From positions 1 to 39,955 of IMG/VR virus record IMGVR_UViG_3300014867_000003: DNA of 39,955 nucleotides, one strand, 5' to 3'. The stretch is from a virus. Taxonomy: Duplodnaviria; Caudoviricetes. Positions 1 to 7,298 of this stretch are shown piece by piece. How positions within the stretch are numbered: the first letter of the stretch is position 1; each line of letters begins with the position of its first letter. Under the pieces are notes generated by a model. The model did no database searches and was not told the origin of the DNA. It was given only the letters and a program-made list of their open reading frames with translations. The translations under genes and the position numbers were made by a program.

Positions 1-824
1 CAATCGACGTCGGGAATAACCTCGTTCAGTGGCGGTATGTTGGAACCGATAACGGGAATGCCACACGACATCGCCTCACGGAAGGGAAGACCAAGCCCCT
101 CGCGCCGAGATGGAGACAGGTAAACGTCGCCCTCTTTATAGAGGTCAACGGCCTGAGGAAAGTTACCAAGGCGAAAGTCTACATTGCGCAGCAGGCCCGG
201 GTCTACTGGGATTTGCGAGTGCACAATCAAACGGCACCCAGACTGATCAATTCGGCGCCAAGCCTGAAACACAAAATCCCACCCCTTGCGCATGCCATCG
301 CCGCCGTGGCCTATGTTGTGCAGGAAAGTTAGAGGGCGGTCGACCCCGCGCGGGGTGAAAGCGAAGTACTCAGTGTCAATCGGCCACGGCAAGTAGACCG
401 ACGGCAATCCCTCTTGTGTCAGGGTATTGTGGCAGTACTGCGACGGGGAAACGAACAAATCAATTAAGCCGATGTACCCCGACTTGCGAATCCACGGCGT
501 ACCAACGCTGTCGATCATCGGAAACCACACAATCTTGATGCCAGCGGCCTTTAGCTGCGGAAGGAAGTGCCAGTTGTACGGGTACTCGAATATGACCGCG
601 ATATCCGGCTTAGAAGCAAGGAATCTACGAAAGTTGGCGTCGAGCGAGGCGTCCCACTGGTCGGCGACGATATAATCACCCCGCACAAACTCGAGATCGG
701 TGCCCTTCTCGTGATGTGGGATCACAAAGTGCATGTAGACGTCGACATTTCGGTGAAACTGCTTCGCCATCTGTCCGAGGCCGGAGTTGTTGATGGTGGC
801 GATCAGGCCGATCTTAGGGCTCAT
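1..824 (-). CDS. Glycosyltransferase family 4 (GT-B), 3' end runs off the window
   Basis: Not in the ORF track; hand-translated from ATG 824: MSPKIGLIATINNSGLG...RKG...YLSPSRREGLGLPFREAMSCGIPVIGSN, carrying the GT4 E-x7-E motif; no stop before base 1. Confidence 0.9.
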   Translation of the reverse strand, partial: MSPKIGLIATINNSGLGQMAKQFHRNVDVYMHFVIPHHEKGTDLEFVRGDYIVADQWDASLDANFRRFLASKPDIAVIFEYPYNWHFLPQLKAAGIKIVWFPMIDSVGTPWIRKSGYIGLIDLFVSPSQYCHNTLTQEGLPSVYLPWPIDTEYFAFTPRGVDRPLTFLHNIGHGGDGMRKGWDFVFQAWRRIDQSGCRLIVHSQIPVDPGLLRNVDFRLGNFPQAVDLYKEGDVYLSPSRREGLGLPFREAMSCGIPVIGSNIPPLNEVIPDVD

Positions 825-931
825 GGGTCTGAGCAGTCCCGTTTAAATCCGCAGTTGTCGCAGACGAGCTTGCACGCCCGAGTCGACATGGGAGATCCGC
901 AAAGATCGCACGTTGGTGTTTCGTCTGCCAT
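821..931 (-). CDS. 36-aa zinc-finger microprotein (resembles HVO_2523-like CxxC...CKxxCxxCG...CSD family)
   Basis: MADETPTCDLCGSPMSTRACKLVCDNCGFKRDCSDP; ATG 4 nt after the exonuclease stop; ATGA overlap with GT4. Confidence 0.7.
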   Translation of the reverse strand: MADETPTCDLCGSPMSTRACKLVCDNCGFKRDCSDP

Positions 932-935
932 AAGC

Positions 936-1706
936 CTAGACGCCCACCCTCGGCTTAATCTCTTGGACGTTCTTGGTATCGCGGCCCCATCCACCACACT
1001 CAGTACAGGAGAACGCATGGTACTTGGTCGTTTTGTTCCTGTACCAGCCCTCCCACTTCAGCACGCCCGGACCACCGGCCCCACACTTAGGGCAAGTGTC
1101 GCCGGGGCGGTCCATCGCCATGTTCGGGTGGCTGACCATCCATGGACGGATCTTGAGGTACAACTGCTCGAGAATCGTGACGTCCCTCTTGTTATATCGA
1201 AGCATCTCACGCCACGCCGATGGGTCTCCCTTCATGCAGCGCGTCCAGCACGAGAAACCGCCGTGACCCATCTTTCTTGGAATGCCGAAGTAGGAGCACA
1301 GATCGTCGAGGCTGTGGCTGGGCAACCTGACGTACTTCTTGGCTTCGATCTTCGTGTCAATCACCCTGTATGGTGAAGGTGGGGTTAGGCCATGCGCAAT
1401 AAACCGGGCGTTAACGACCTTGACGTCGAAATCCCGGCCGTTGTGGGCAACGACGGCGTCGGCTTGATTGAAGAACGACCGAATGTCGGCCACAATCGCC
1501 TTGTCGTTCATCGCCCCGGCTTTGTATCCCTTGTAGTTTGGCCAGCCCCTCGTGATGTGGGAGCCACCAAGCCACTTAGCGGAAAAGCTTAAGATCCGGG
1601 TGTGAGCCAGCACCTCAATAAGGTTGGTTTGCCATTTGGGCCCCCACGTGTAAGCCACCAATGGCGTGGTCTCAATATCGAAGAACAGAATCTTGGGTTG
1701 GCTCAT
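936..1706 (-). CDS. DEDD/RNase H-like 3'-5' exonuclease (YprB/RNase_H_2-like) with C-terminal zinc ribbon
   Basis: FFDIET (ExoI), HNGRDFD (ExoII), YNKRDV (ExoIII), CPKCG...CTECG. Confidence 0.88.
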   Translation of the reverse strand: MSQPKILFFDIETTPLVAYTWGPKWQTNLIEVLAHTRILSFSAKWLGGSHITRGWPNYKGYKAGAMNDKAIVADIRSFFNQADAVVAHNGRDFDVKVVNARFIAHGLTPPSPYRVIDTKIEAKKYVRLPSHSLDDLCSYFGIPRKMGHGGFSCWTRCMKGDPSAWREMLRYNKRDVTILEQLYLKIRPWMVSHPNMAMDRPGDTCPKCGAGGPGVLKWEGWYRNKTTKYHAFSCTECGGWGRDTKNVQEIKPRVGV

Positions 1707-1715
1707 CGTGCCTAC

Positions 1716-1723
1716 TTTTACAC
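1716..1723 (-). promoter_or_regulatory. GTGTAAAA motif, putative phage promoter element
   Basis: One of seven intergenic GTGTA(A/C)AA copies; only 9 nt before the exonuclease ATG. Confidence 0.45.
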
Positions 1724-1983
1724 TATTGGGGTTGGGTGGGTAGGGGGCCCAAAACTCTCTGTTTCCACTCGGGCCACGACTTAACCATCTTAGAGCAGTA
1801 TTCTAGATGGTGTTGGAAGTGAAGAGCATCTCGCTCTTCCCAAGACCCGTCGGTCATAAGAGGCGCCAGTCTGTGTGCTAGAGTCACGGCCTCGTCTTCG
1901 GCCAAGTAAACCTGTCCATCCCAAGAATGACGAAAGGACCGCAACCACGCAATTAGTTCAGAAAAGTTCTTGTCGTTCAACAT
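1723..1983 (-). CDS. Hypothetical protein
   Basis: 86 aa; TAATG coupling to the upstream gene. Confidence 0.6.
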   Translation of the reverse strand: MLNDKNFSELIAWLRSFRHSWDGQVYLAEDEAVTLAHRLAPLMTDGSWEERDALHFQHHLEYCSKMVKSWPEWKQRVLGPLPTQPQ

Positions 1984-2189
1984 TACTCAGGTCGTCCCCT
2001 CTGAATCCACTCATACAGCAGCTGTTCCATCTGATCTGCACCAAATTTCCGGTAAAACTCAGAGACATTGCCCAGCTCGGCCATCCCGGAGGTGCTGGCA
2101 TCCGCGTTGGCTTGCTGCATCAGGTGCCAGTTCACCATACGGCGTATGTCCTTGTGGACGTGCACAACATAGTTAACTTTCAGGCGCAT
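1983..2189 (-). CDS. Hypothetical protein
   Basis: ATG 2189 just after the upstream stop; fills the operon gap. Confidence 0.55.
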   Translation of the reverse strand: MRLKVNYVVHVHKDIRRMVNWHLMQQANADASTSGMAELGNVSEFYRKFGADQMEQLLYEWIQRGRPE

Positions 2190-2193
2190 GGGG

Positions 2194-2379
2194 TCACTCG
2201 TACAACGACGGATCAAATTGAGACTTCGGTCCGGTAGAGGAATGGTGCTGCATTTTCCGCTCCGTCACCATAGTGGTGGTAACGTCTCGGATGAATCCAG
2301 AAGACTTGATCTCCTCGAGCAGGGGTCGGAGCTTTTCAACCACCCGATCGGCAATCTTGTCGATATCAGAGTCGTCCAT
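2194..2379 (-). CDS. Hypothetical protein
   Basis: MDDSDIDKIADRVVEKL...; ATG 1 nt after the primase TAG. Confidence 0.55.
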   Translation of the reverse strand: MDDSDIDKIADRVVEKLRPLLEEIKSSGFIRDVTTTMVTERKMQHHSSTGPKSQFDPSLYE

Positions 2380-2380
2380 G

Positions 2381-2974
2381 CTACTCGGGGTCTCCTCCAC
2401 TGATGGTGATGGGCGGCGGATTTTCAATGTTGCGAAGGATGGTGATCAAGCTGTGGGCCGCCTTATGATCACGCTCGAACACCTCACTAATGTCCTTGTA
2501 GTAGTTAAGCTTAAACTCCCGGACGGACGATACACCCATGTGCTTCAATCGAGCAACAGCAAGGCCAGAACCGTGCAAGCCTTCGGGGTCGTTGTCAGGC
2601 ACAAGAACTACCCGTTCGTAGAATCTCGAGACCACACGAAGCTGGGCACCAAGCAACGTGTTGTTGATGTAGGCGGCAGCATGAAGCCCGGCCGTAAGTA
2701 GCCAGCCGACGTCAAACACGCCTTCAACAAGGAAGAGAACACGGTCGGACTCAACTCCGCGCCAGAGAAAGTAGCCATGCGATGATTTCTGGATCTTGAT
2801 GTTGTAGGATTTGTGGGTTATGCTGCGACCAATCACCCCAACCACGCGGTCGGTATAATCGCGCAAAGGGAAGTAGACTACATCGCCCTCAGAGTAGACG
2901 CCAAGGTGCTCGTAATCGGCAGGGGACCAGCCTCGACGCTCGATGTAATCTTTGGCGGCCTTGCTTAGGCTCAT
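2381..2974 (-). CDS. DnaG-like primase catalytic core (TOPRIM), no N-terminal zinc-binding domain
   Basis: YIERRG, VYFPLRD...VIGR, LVEGVFD, VPDNDPEG and KDISE motifs; ATGA-coupled start at 2974. Confidence 0.8.
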   Translation of the reverse strand: MSLSKAAKDYIERRGWSPADYEHLGVYSEGDVVYFPLRDYTDRVVGVIGRSITHKSYNIKIQKSSHGYFLWRGVESDRVLFLVEGVFDVGWLLTAGLHAAAYINNTLLGAQLRVVSRFYERVVLVPDNDPEGLHGSGLAVARLKHMGVSSVREFKLNYYKDISEVFERDHKAAHSLITILRNIENPPPITISGGDPE

Positions 2975-3135
2975 ATCGCTAGCTTTTTGAACCAACCACG
3001 GAGGGTCTTTATGCTAACGCGAAATACGATCGTGATGTCAATGTTGGTCTTACCTTCCGATCGCAATTCGCGGATCAAGGCGCGGAGGGCGGCGGGATTT
3101 GCTTCAATGCGGTTTTCACGACAAACACGCCGCAT
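2971..3135 (-). CDS. Small helix-turn-helix protein
   Basis: LRSEGKTNIDITIVFRVSIKTLRGWFKKL fits an HTH pattern; start could be TTG 3156. Confidence 0.55.
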   Translation of the reverse strand: MRRVCRENRIEANPAALRALIRELRSEGKTNIDITIVFRVSIKTLRGWFKKLAI

Positions 3136-3148
3136 GGCGTCCGTTAGT

Positions 3149-3346
3149 TCAATCAAGGGACCACCCAGCCCAGTTCTTCGCCATGTTCGCCGCCACGTCG
3201 TTGCATACACGACGGGCGAATCCCTTGCACATAGCACCAGAACAAAGACGAGTTCGACATTCTTGTGGGCGGTTGCGATCAGCAATTGCCACCAGATCTT
3301 CAAACTCTTTACCACAGGCCGGGCATTTGTAAGTATAGAGCGGCAT
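3149..3346 (-). CDS. FmdB-family zinc-ribbon protein
   Basis: MPLYTYKCPACGKEFE N-terminal signature. Confidence 0.8.
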   Translation of the reverse strand: MPLYTYKCPACGKEFEDLVAIADRNRPQECRTRLCSGAMCKGFARRVCNDVAANMAKNWAGWSLD

Positions 3347-3369
3347 TGTGCGTGTGGTAGCGCGACAAA

Positions 3370-3498
3370 CTAGCCTGTGGTGTAAAGGCGCCTTGTGGAT
3401 TCGACCAGAAGCTGGTGCTGAATGAGAACCAGCTGCGCGTGCGAGAGGGTAGGCACCACCGCGAGGAAGTCCGCTACCGCTTTATTGGTGTCAGCCAT
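3370..3498 (-). CDS. 42-aa hypothetical protein
   Basis: Hand-translated MADTNKAVADFLAVV...; AGGAG RBS before the ATG. Confidence 0.55.
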   Translation of the reverse strand: MADTNKAVADFLAVVPTLSHAQLVLIQHQLLVESTRRLYTTG

Positions 3499-3549
3499 TT
3501 TTATCTCCTGTGCTATTGCTCTCAAGTGTCTGAGCAGGTTTGTGTGCAT

Positions 3550-3957
3550 CTACTTCTTACCACCAAACTTTTCCATCATCGATGGTGCAACCTTCTCAAC
3601 CGACCGCCCGATCACGTAGCCGCCGAGACCAAGCTGAAGGAGCGTCCACGCCTCTGGAGCGAGGCGATTAGACAACCAACCGAAGGAGTCGCACACAACG
3701 AGAACCAAAAACGTAAGCATCGTGACGGGGCGCCAATTGCGCTGCATCCACGACGCGCCGGTGGCCTCGGACTTGATAACCGAGGTTTGGAGGTCCAGAA
3801 CCTTGGCCTCATACTCAAGCATCTTAGAGGCAATATCGTTCTGGAGTTTCTGCATCTCATTGACGAGCTTGCCCTTTTCCTCGGCCGAAGTGTGTATGCT
3901 GCCAATAAGCTCCGTAACCGGCTTAATCGCGTCCCCAAGAAATGCAAAGAGCCCCAT
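3550..3957 (-). CDS. Holin, GTA 3TM holin family
   Basis: SEATGASWMQRNWRP followed by hydrophobic segments and GLGGYVIGRSVEK. Confidence 0.85.
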   Translation of the reverse strand: MGLFAFLGDAIKPVTELIGSIHTSAEEKGKLVNEMQKLQNDIASKMLEYEAKVLDLQTSVIKSEATGASWMQRNWRPVTMLTFLVLVVCDSFGWLSNRLAPEAWTLLQLGLGGYVIGRSVEKVAPSMMEKFGGKK

Positions 3958-3985
3958 AGACTACCCCCACTAAAGGTGTAGCCAA

Positions 3986-3993
3986 TTTTACAC
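3986..3993 (-). promoter_or_regulatory. GTGTAAAA motif upstream of holin
   Basis: Recurring intergenic motif, 28 nt before the ATG. Confidence 0.55.
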
Positions 3994-4688
3994 TAGGCAA
4001 TAGGGTCTTTAGGCTTCCAATCGGCGTAGCTGGTCGCCCGGTCGTCTTGCTCGGGGTGGGTGGACTCAAACTCCAGAAGCACGGCTGCATTCCACATCAG
4101 CTGGCCGAGGTGATGACATCTAGGAAGCTCCTCGTCGCGCCTCGACCCGGCGAGCCACTTCAACCAATGGCGCCAGAGAGGGCCGATTACCTTGGACCAC
4201 GGCATGCCCTTCTCCCAATTACGGGCCGGGTACTTCTTAACCCCCTCGGTGAACACCAATCCAAGCTCTCGGATAGCGCTCTTCGGGATGAGGTCAATGC
4301 GGAGATCGGGGTTCTCGGTCATAACCTCGGCGATCATAGACAGAAACTCGGGGTGGATGAGGTCGGTGCGCAGCTTACCTTCGGTATATCGAAGGCCGAC
4401 CGGCGATGCTTCCTGCTGGGCGTCGGTCACAACCACGACGTCATACGCCCAATCCCGAAAGTTCCGGACCTCGATCCGATACTCAACCTTGATGGTCTGC
4501 TGGTGGCAGAAATAGAGATTCGGCGGAGCATCTGCGGCAGCCAACAGCGCCGACGAGCCATCAGCAAACTGAACGATGAAATGCTCTGGTGTGGGGGGCG
4601 TATCGAACAGCGTGTCGAGGGTAGCGGGGTGCACCAGCACCGCGTGCCTGATGATACCAAATCGCTTTTGAGGGAGGGTTGCGTCCAT
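3993..4688 (-). CDS. dATP/dGTP diphosphohydrolase (DUF5664-type) domain protein with N-terminal extension
   Basis: RIDLIP...FTEGVKKYPARNWEKGM...LWRH...HHLGQLMWN...HPEQDDR; likely start ATG 4688 after AAGGA. Confidence 0.8.
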   Translation of the reverse strand: MDATLPQKRFGIIRHAVLVHPATLDTLFDTPPTPEHFIVQFADGSSALLAAADAPPNLYFCHQQTIKVEYRIEVRNFRDWAYDVVVVTDAQQEASPVGLRYTEGKLRTDLIHPEFLSMIAEVMTENPDLRIDLIPKSAIRELGLVFTEGVKKYPARNWEKGMPWSKVIGPLWRHWLKWLAGSRRDEELPRCHHLGQLMWNAAVLLEFESTHPEQDDRATSYADWKPKDPIA

Positions 4689-4701
4689 AGGTCCTTGTAC
4701 C

Positions 4702-4968
4702 CTAACGGGCGCCGGATGGAAAGGGAGGGCAGACCGATCCGTGGTCCTGCGCCTCCGCGTGTTCACGGAGGGCCTTGCGGGCGCAGTCGATGCCAAACTC
4801 GAACCACCCCTGTGAGAACCCGGGCGGGATGTTCTCTGCGTCCGTGAACGTCCCGGTTCGTTGGTCTAGCTCGAGCGACGCGACCCGCTGACCGGTTAGG
4901 TCAACCCCACATCTCTCACAGGCGGAGTGGGCGTGGGCCGCCGGGCCGATGAATTTGGGCTTGGTCAT
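4702..4968 (-). CDS. Hypothetical protein with possible Zn ligands (CERC...GIDC)
   Basis: 88 aa; ATGA-coupled; last gene of the sigma54 operon. Confidence 0.65.
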   Translation of the reverse strand: MTKPKFIGPAAHAHSACERCGVDLTGQRVASLELDQRTGTFTDAENIPPGFSQGWFEFGIDCARKALREHAEAQDHGSVCPPFPSGAR

Positions 4969-5507
4969 GTGGCCACCGACCTATGGGTTCTGAGAGCCAG
5001 TGAAAGCTGCTTACAGTCCTTAACCAACTGAGCGTGCGAGTACCGGGCGTCTAGCTCAGCCCAGATCTGCCGAGCCAACTCGGGCGTAAGACCGAATTGC
5101 TCCATCTTCGCAAGGCATGTCTCGGCATAGTTGTCCACTTGACCATTCCGGCGCCAGGCAACCTGAAGATTCTCAAAATCCTCTGGCGAATCTGGCAGGC
5201 ACCAGTGGTCGTGCTCAAGCAGGCCAAGGAACTTGGGGTCGTGCAGCACCAAAGCGACCTTGAAGCGGACGCGTTTGCCGACGATCGACAGTAACTCTCT
5301 ATCGGCCATGTTGTAGCTGCGGCTGTGTCCCATCCGTTCGGTGCCCACGGCCTCACCCACAAGGATCTGGTCGCTCTTCAACATCCACTGCTTCCAGTGG
5401 TTGTGAGGCACCGTGTTTTCCCACTTACCATCAGAAAGCTGGCCTTCCATCTCGTAGAGGAAGATCACCTTCTGGGCCAGATTCGATACGGTTAAGGTGG
5501 CGTTCAT
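4965..5507 (-). CDS. Hypothetical protein
   Basis: Start MNATLTVSN at 5507 with GGAGGGG RBS; contains EMEGQLSDGKWEN. Confidence 0.7.
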   Translation of the reverse strand: MNATLTVSNLAQKVIFLYEMEGQLSDGKWENTVPHNHWKQWMLKSDQILVGEAVGTERMGHSRSYNMADRELLSIVGKRVRFKVALVLHDPKFLGLLEHDHWCLPDSPEDFENLQVAWRRNGQVDNYAETCLAKMEQFGLTPELARQIWAELDARYSHAQLVKDCKQLSLALRTHRSVAT

Positions 5508-5508
5508 G

Positions 5509-5730
5509 TTAGTTCCCCTCCATTTGGTAGTCGTTAGTGCTGAAGATGCGGTACTCGTTCTGGTCGAGGTAGTCCTCGGGGCCGGTGAACACCTGTTGAA
5601 GGTCCGGCGACAGATCCCGGAGGTCCTCAACAAAGGCCTTAATCTCTGACTCCTGCGTGTTGATGCGGACGCCCATCTTCGCGTCGCCCTGCAGGTTGTA
5701 CTCGATCACCCAAAAGATCTCGTTGCTCAT
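5509..5730 (-). CDS. Small acidic hypothetical protein
   Basis: ATG 5730 with AGAGGAG RBS; first gene after the sigma54 promoter. Confidence 0.7.
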   Translation of the reverse strand: MSNEIFWVIEYNLQGDAKMGVRINTQESEIKAFVEDLRDLSPDLQQVFTGPEDYLDQNEYRIFSTNDYQMEGN

Positions 5731-5759
5731 CGTAGTATCTCCTCTTGCCGTAAAAGACC

Positions 5760-5775
5760 GCAAAATCAGTGCCAA
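5760..5775 (-). promoter_or_regulatory. sigma54 (RpoN) -24/-12 promoter
   Basis: Minus strand TTGGCAC-TGATT-TTGC, exact TGGCAC-N5-TTGC; intergenic; predicted +1 near 5748, ahead of the RBS. Confidence 0.75.
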
Positions 5776-5899
5776 CCACAGATCCGGGCTTTGGGGCTTT
5801 GAAGGGCTTTTCGCGGGGCTTGATTGTGCGCCTATGGGCTTGAAGCTGTGGGACTATTGTGGTGTCCCCACACCCCATATGCTCAGAGGTTGAGCAGTT

Positions 5900-5939
5900 A
5901 AAAAGGCCAGCCGCCGGGAGGAGGTGGCCCAGCGGCTGG
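5900..5939 (-). terminator. Rho-independent terminator
   Basis: CCAGCCGCTGGG-ccacctcct-CCCGGCGGCTGG then CCTTTTT. Confidence 0.8.
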
Positions 5940-5962
5940 AGCAGGATGCTAAGAGTCCCCGC

Positions 5963-6169
5963 CTAGCATCCAGTCAGATCAAGTGCTTTTCGACGACGCT
6001 CTTCCTGACGCTTTTGGGCGCGTAGGACGGCACGCCGCATGGCATACCTTAAGGCCTCTTTGATGTCCGCGTTGCGCTTGTCCAGCCAAGCGCAGAGGCG
6101 CTCGACCCGTCTTTGGTTCGCGGCCGCTACGGCTGCGCTGACCCTGAACTGGCTTCTGGTTGTCTTCAT
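5963..6169 (-). CDS. 68-aa Arg-rich helical protein, probably leaderless
   Basis: MKTTRSQFRVS...; lies between a sigma54 promoter and a terminator; no SD. Confidence 0.55.
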   Translation of the reverse strand: MKTTRSQFRVSAAVAAANQRRVERLCAWLDKRNADIKEALRYAMRRAVLRAQKRQEERRRKALDLTGC

Positions 6170-6182
6170 GCCTAAGTAGATC

Positions 6183-6198
6183 GCAAGGTTGGTGCCAG
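6183..6198 (-). promoter_or_regulatory. sigma54 (RpoN) -24/-12 promoter
   Basis: Minus strand CTGGCAC-CAACC-TTGC; predicted +1 near 6171, 2 nt before ATG 6169. Confidence 0.7.
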
Positions 6199-6276
6199 CC
6201 CAAGGTCTGCGAAAAGGCCTTGGAAGGCCACGCCGCTGTGCAGGTAGCTGCACAATATAGAGCAGATCCCATCACC

Positions 6277-6969
6277 CTATGGGCCCGGCATATTCACGAC
6301 GTCGGCCCGGATCTCAAACCCACCCGGTGTGGGGCGGTAGGTCCGGTGCTCGGCCCCGGCGTGGTCGATGACGGTTTCTACCATCGAGCCGGACCAGCAC
6401 CCAAAGGCGGAGGCCACTTTCTGTGGTGGGCCCTCGACGAACCCGATTGGCTTTTGGGTGTCGTTGGCGCCGAAGTGCTTTAGGGCGTGCTCCCAAGCCA
6501 CAAGGAGACAGCACCCGGGGCAGTAGGTTTGGCGAAGGACCTCTAGCCCACCCAAGCCAATCTTCGGACAGCGGTCCGAGGACACGTGCCTGAAGCCCGA
6601 AAGGGCCCGCAAACCTAGCGGAAAGAAGCGGGAGTACACTTCTAACATCGCCTTTCCCCAGCCCGGCGAAAAAACGACGTCGTCGTCGCAGAACAGGGCG
6701 TGCGTTGGGGGGCTTTCGTAGCCGGTTCGCAGGGAAGGCTCGCCGAGAATCTTCAGGCCCACGTTCCACGCGTAGCCCTTACCGTAGTTGATGGGAAGCA
6801 TGAGGGTGGTCACGGGCTGAGTGAGGAGCCACTCCCGGGTCCCGGCCTCTGTAGCCCCCTGCTCGACCACCACAACCCGACCAGTGAAGCCGGAGTCAAA
6901 GAGGGTTCCTAGCGACTGCTTCAAGAGGGGAAGGCGCCCCATGGACACCATCAGCACCGCCAGACCCAT
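6277..6969 (-). CDS. Glycosyltransferase family 2 (GT-A), paralog of 35068..35784
   Basis: VVVVEQG, NYGKGYAWNVG, LFCDDD (DxD), PGCCLL, IDHAG. Confidence 0.85.
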   Translation of the reverse strand: MGLAVLMVSMGRLPLLKQSLGTLFDSGFTGRVVVVEQGATEAGTREWLLTQPVTTLMLPINYGKGYAWNVGLKILGEPSLRTGYESPPTHALFCDDDVVFSPGWGKAMLEVYSRFFPLGLRALSGFRHVSSDRCPKIGLGGLEVLRQTYCPGCCLLVAWEHALKHFGANDTQKPIGFVEGPPQKVASAFGCWSGSMVETVIDHAGAEHRTYRPTPGGFEIRADVVNMPGP

Positions 6970-6975
6970 ATAGGG

Positions 6976-7197
6976 CTACGGCTCGAGCTGGTGTTGTAGG
7001 CGGCGGTAGAGGAGGCCGATCACGGCATAAGCCTCGAGAAGAGTGGTACCACCCCGAAGATGAAGGCCACAAGCGCCCTTCTCATCGGCGAAAAGAAACA
7101 CACCGCGTTCGGGAGCGGGTAGCTTTTGCTTCTCGTGAATGATCTGGTCGTGAATGGTCCTGATGGGCTCTGCTGGCTTGTTGTCGGTGTTGGTCAT
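6976..7197 (-). CDS. Hypothetical protein
   Basis: 73 aa; AAGGAG RBS. Confidence 0.65.
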   Translation of the reverse strand: MTNTDNKPAEPIRTIHDQIIHEKQKLPAPERGVFLFADEKGACGLHLRGGTTLLEAYAVIGLLYRRLQHQLEP

Positions 7198-7298
7198 CTC
7201 ACTCCTTCATTTGGAATCATCTTTGTTGATGTTGTTCTCAATTTCAACAACACATAACGCGTACACCTAAGAAAGCGAAGTTGTTAACCGCGCGCCTC

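Noticed and set aside
3993-4688. 2-aminoadenine (Z) genome pathway
   Set aside because: No PurZ in the window; DUF5664 and MazG-like genes alone are common in ordinary phages
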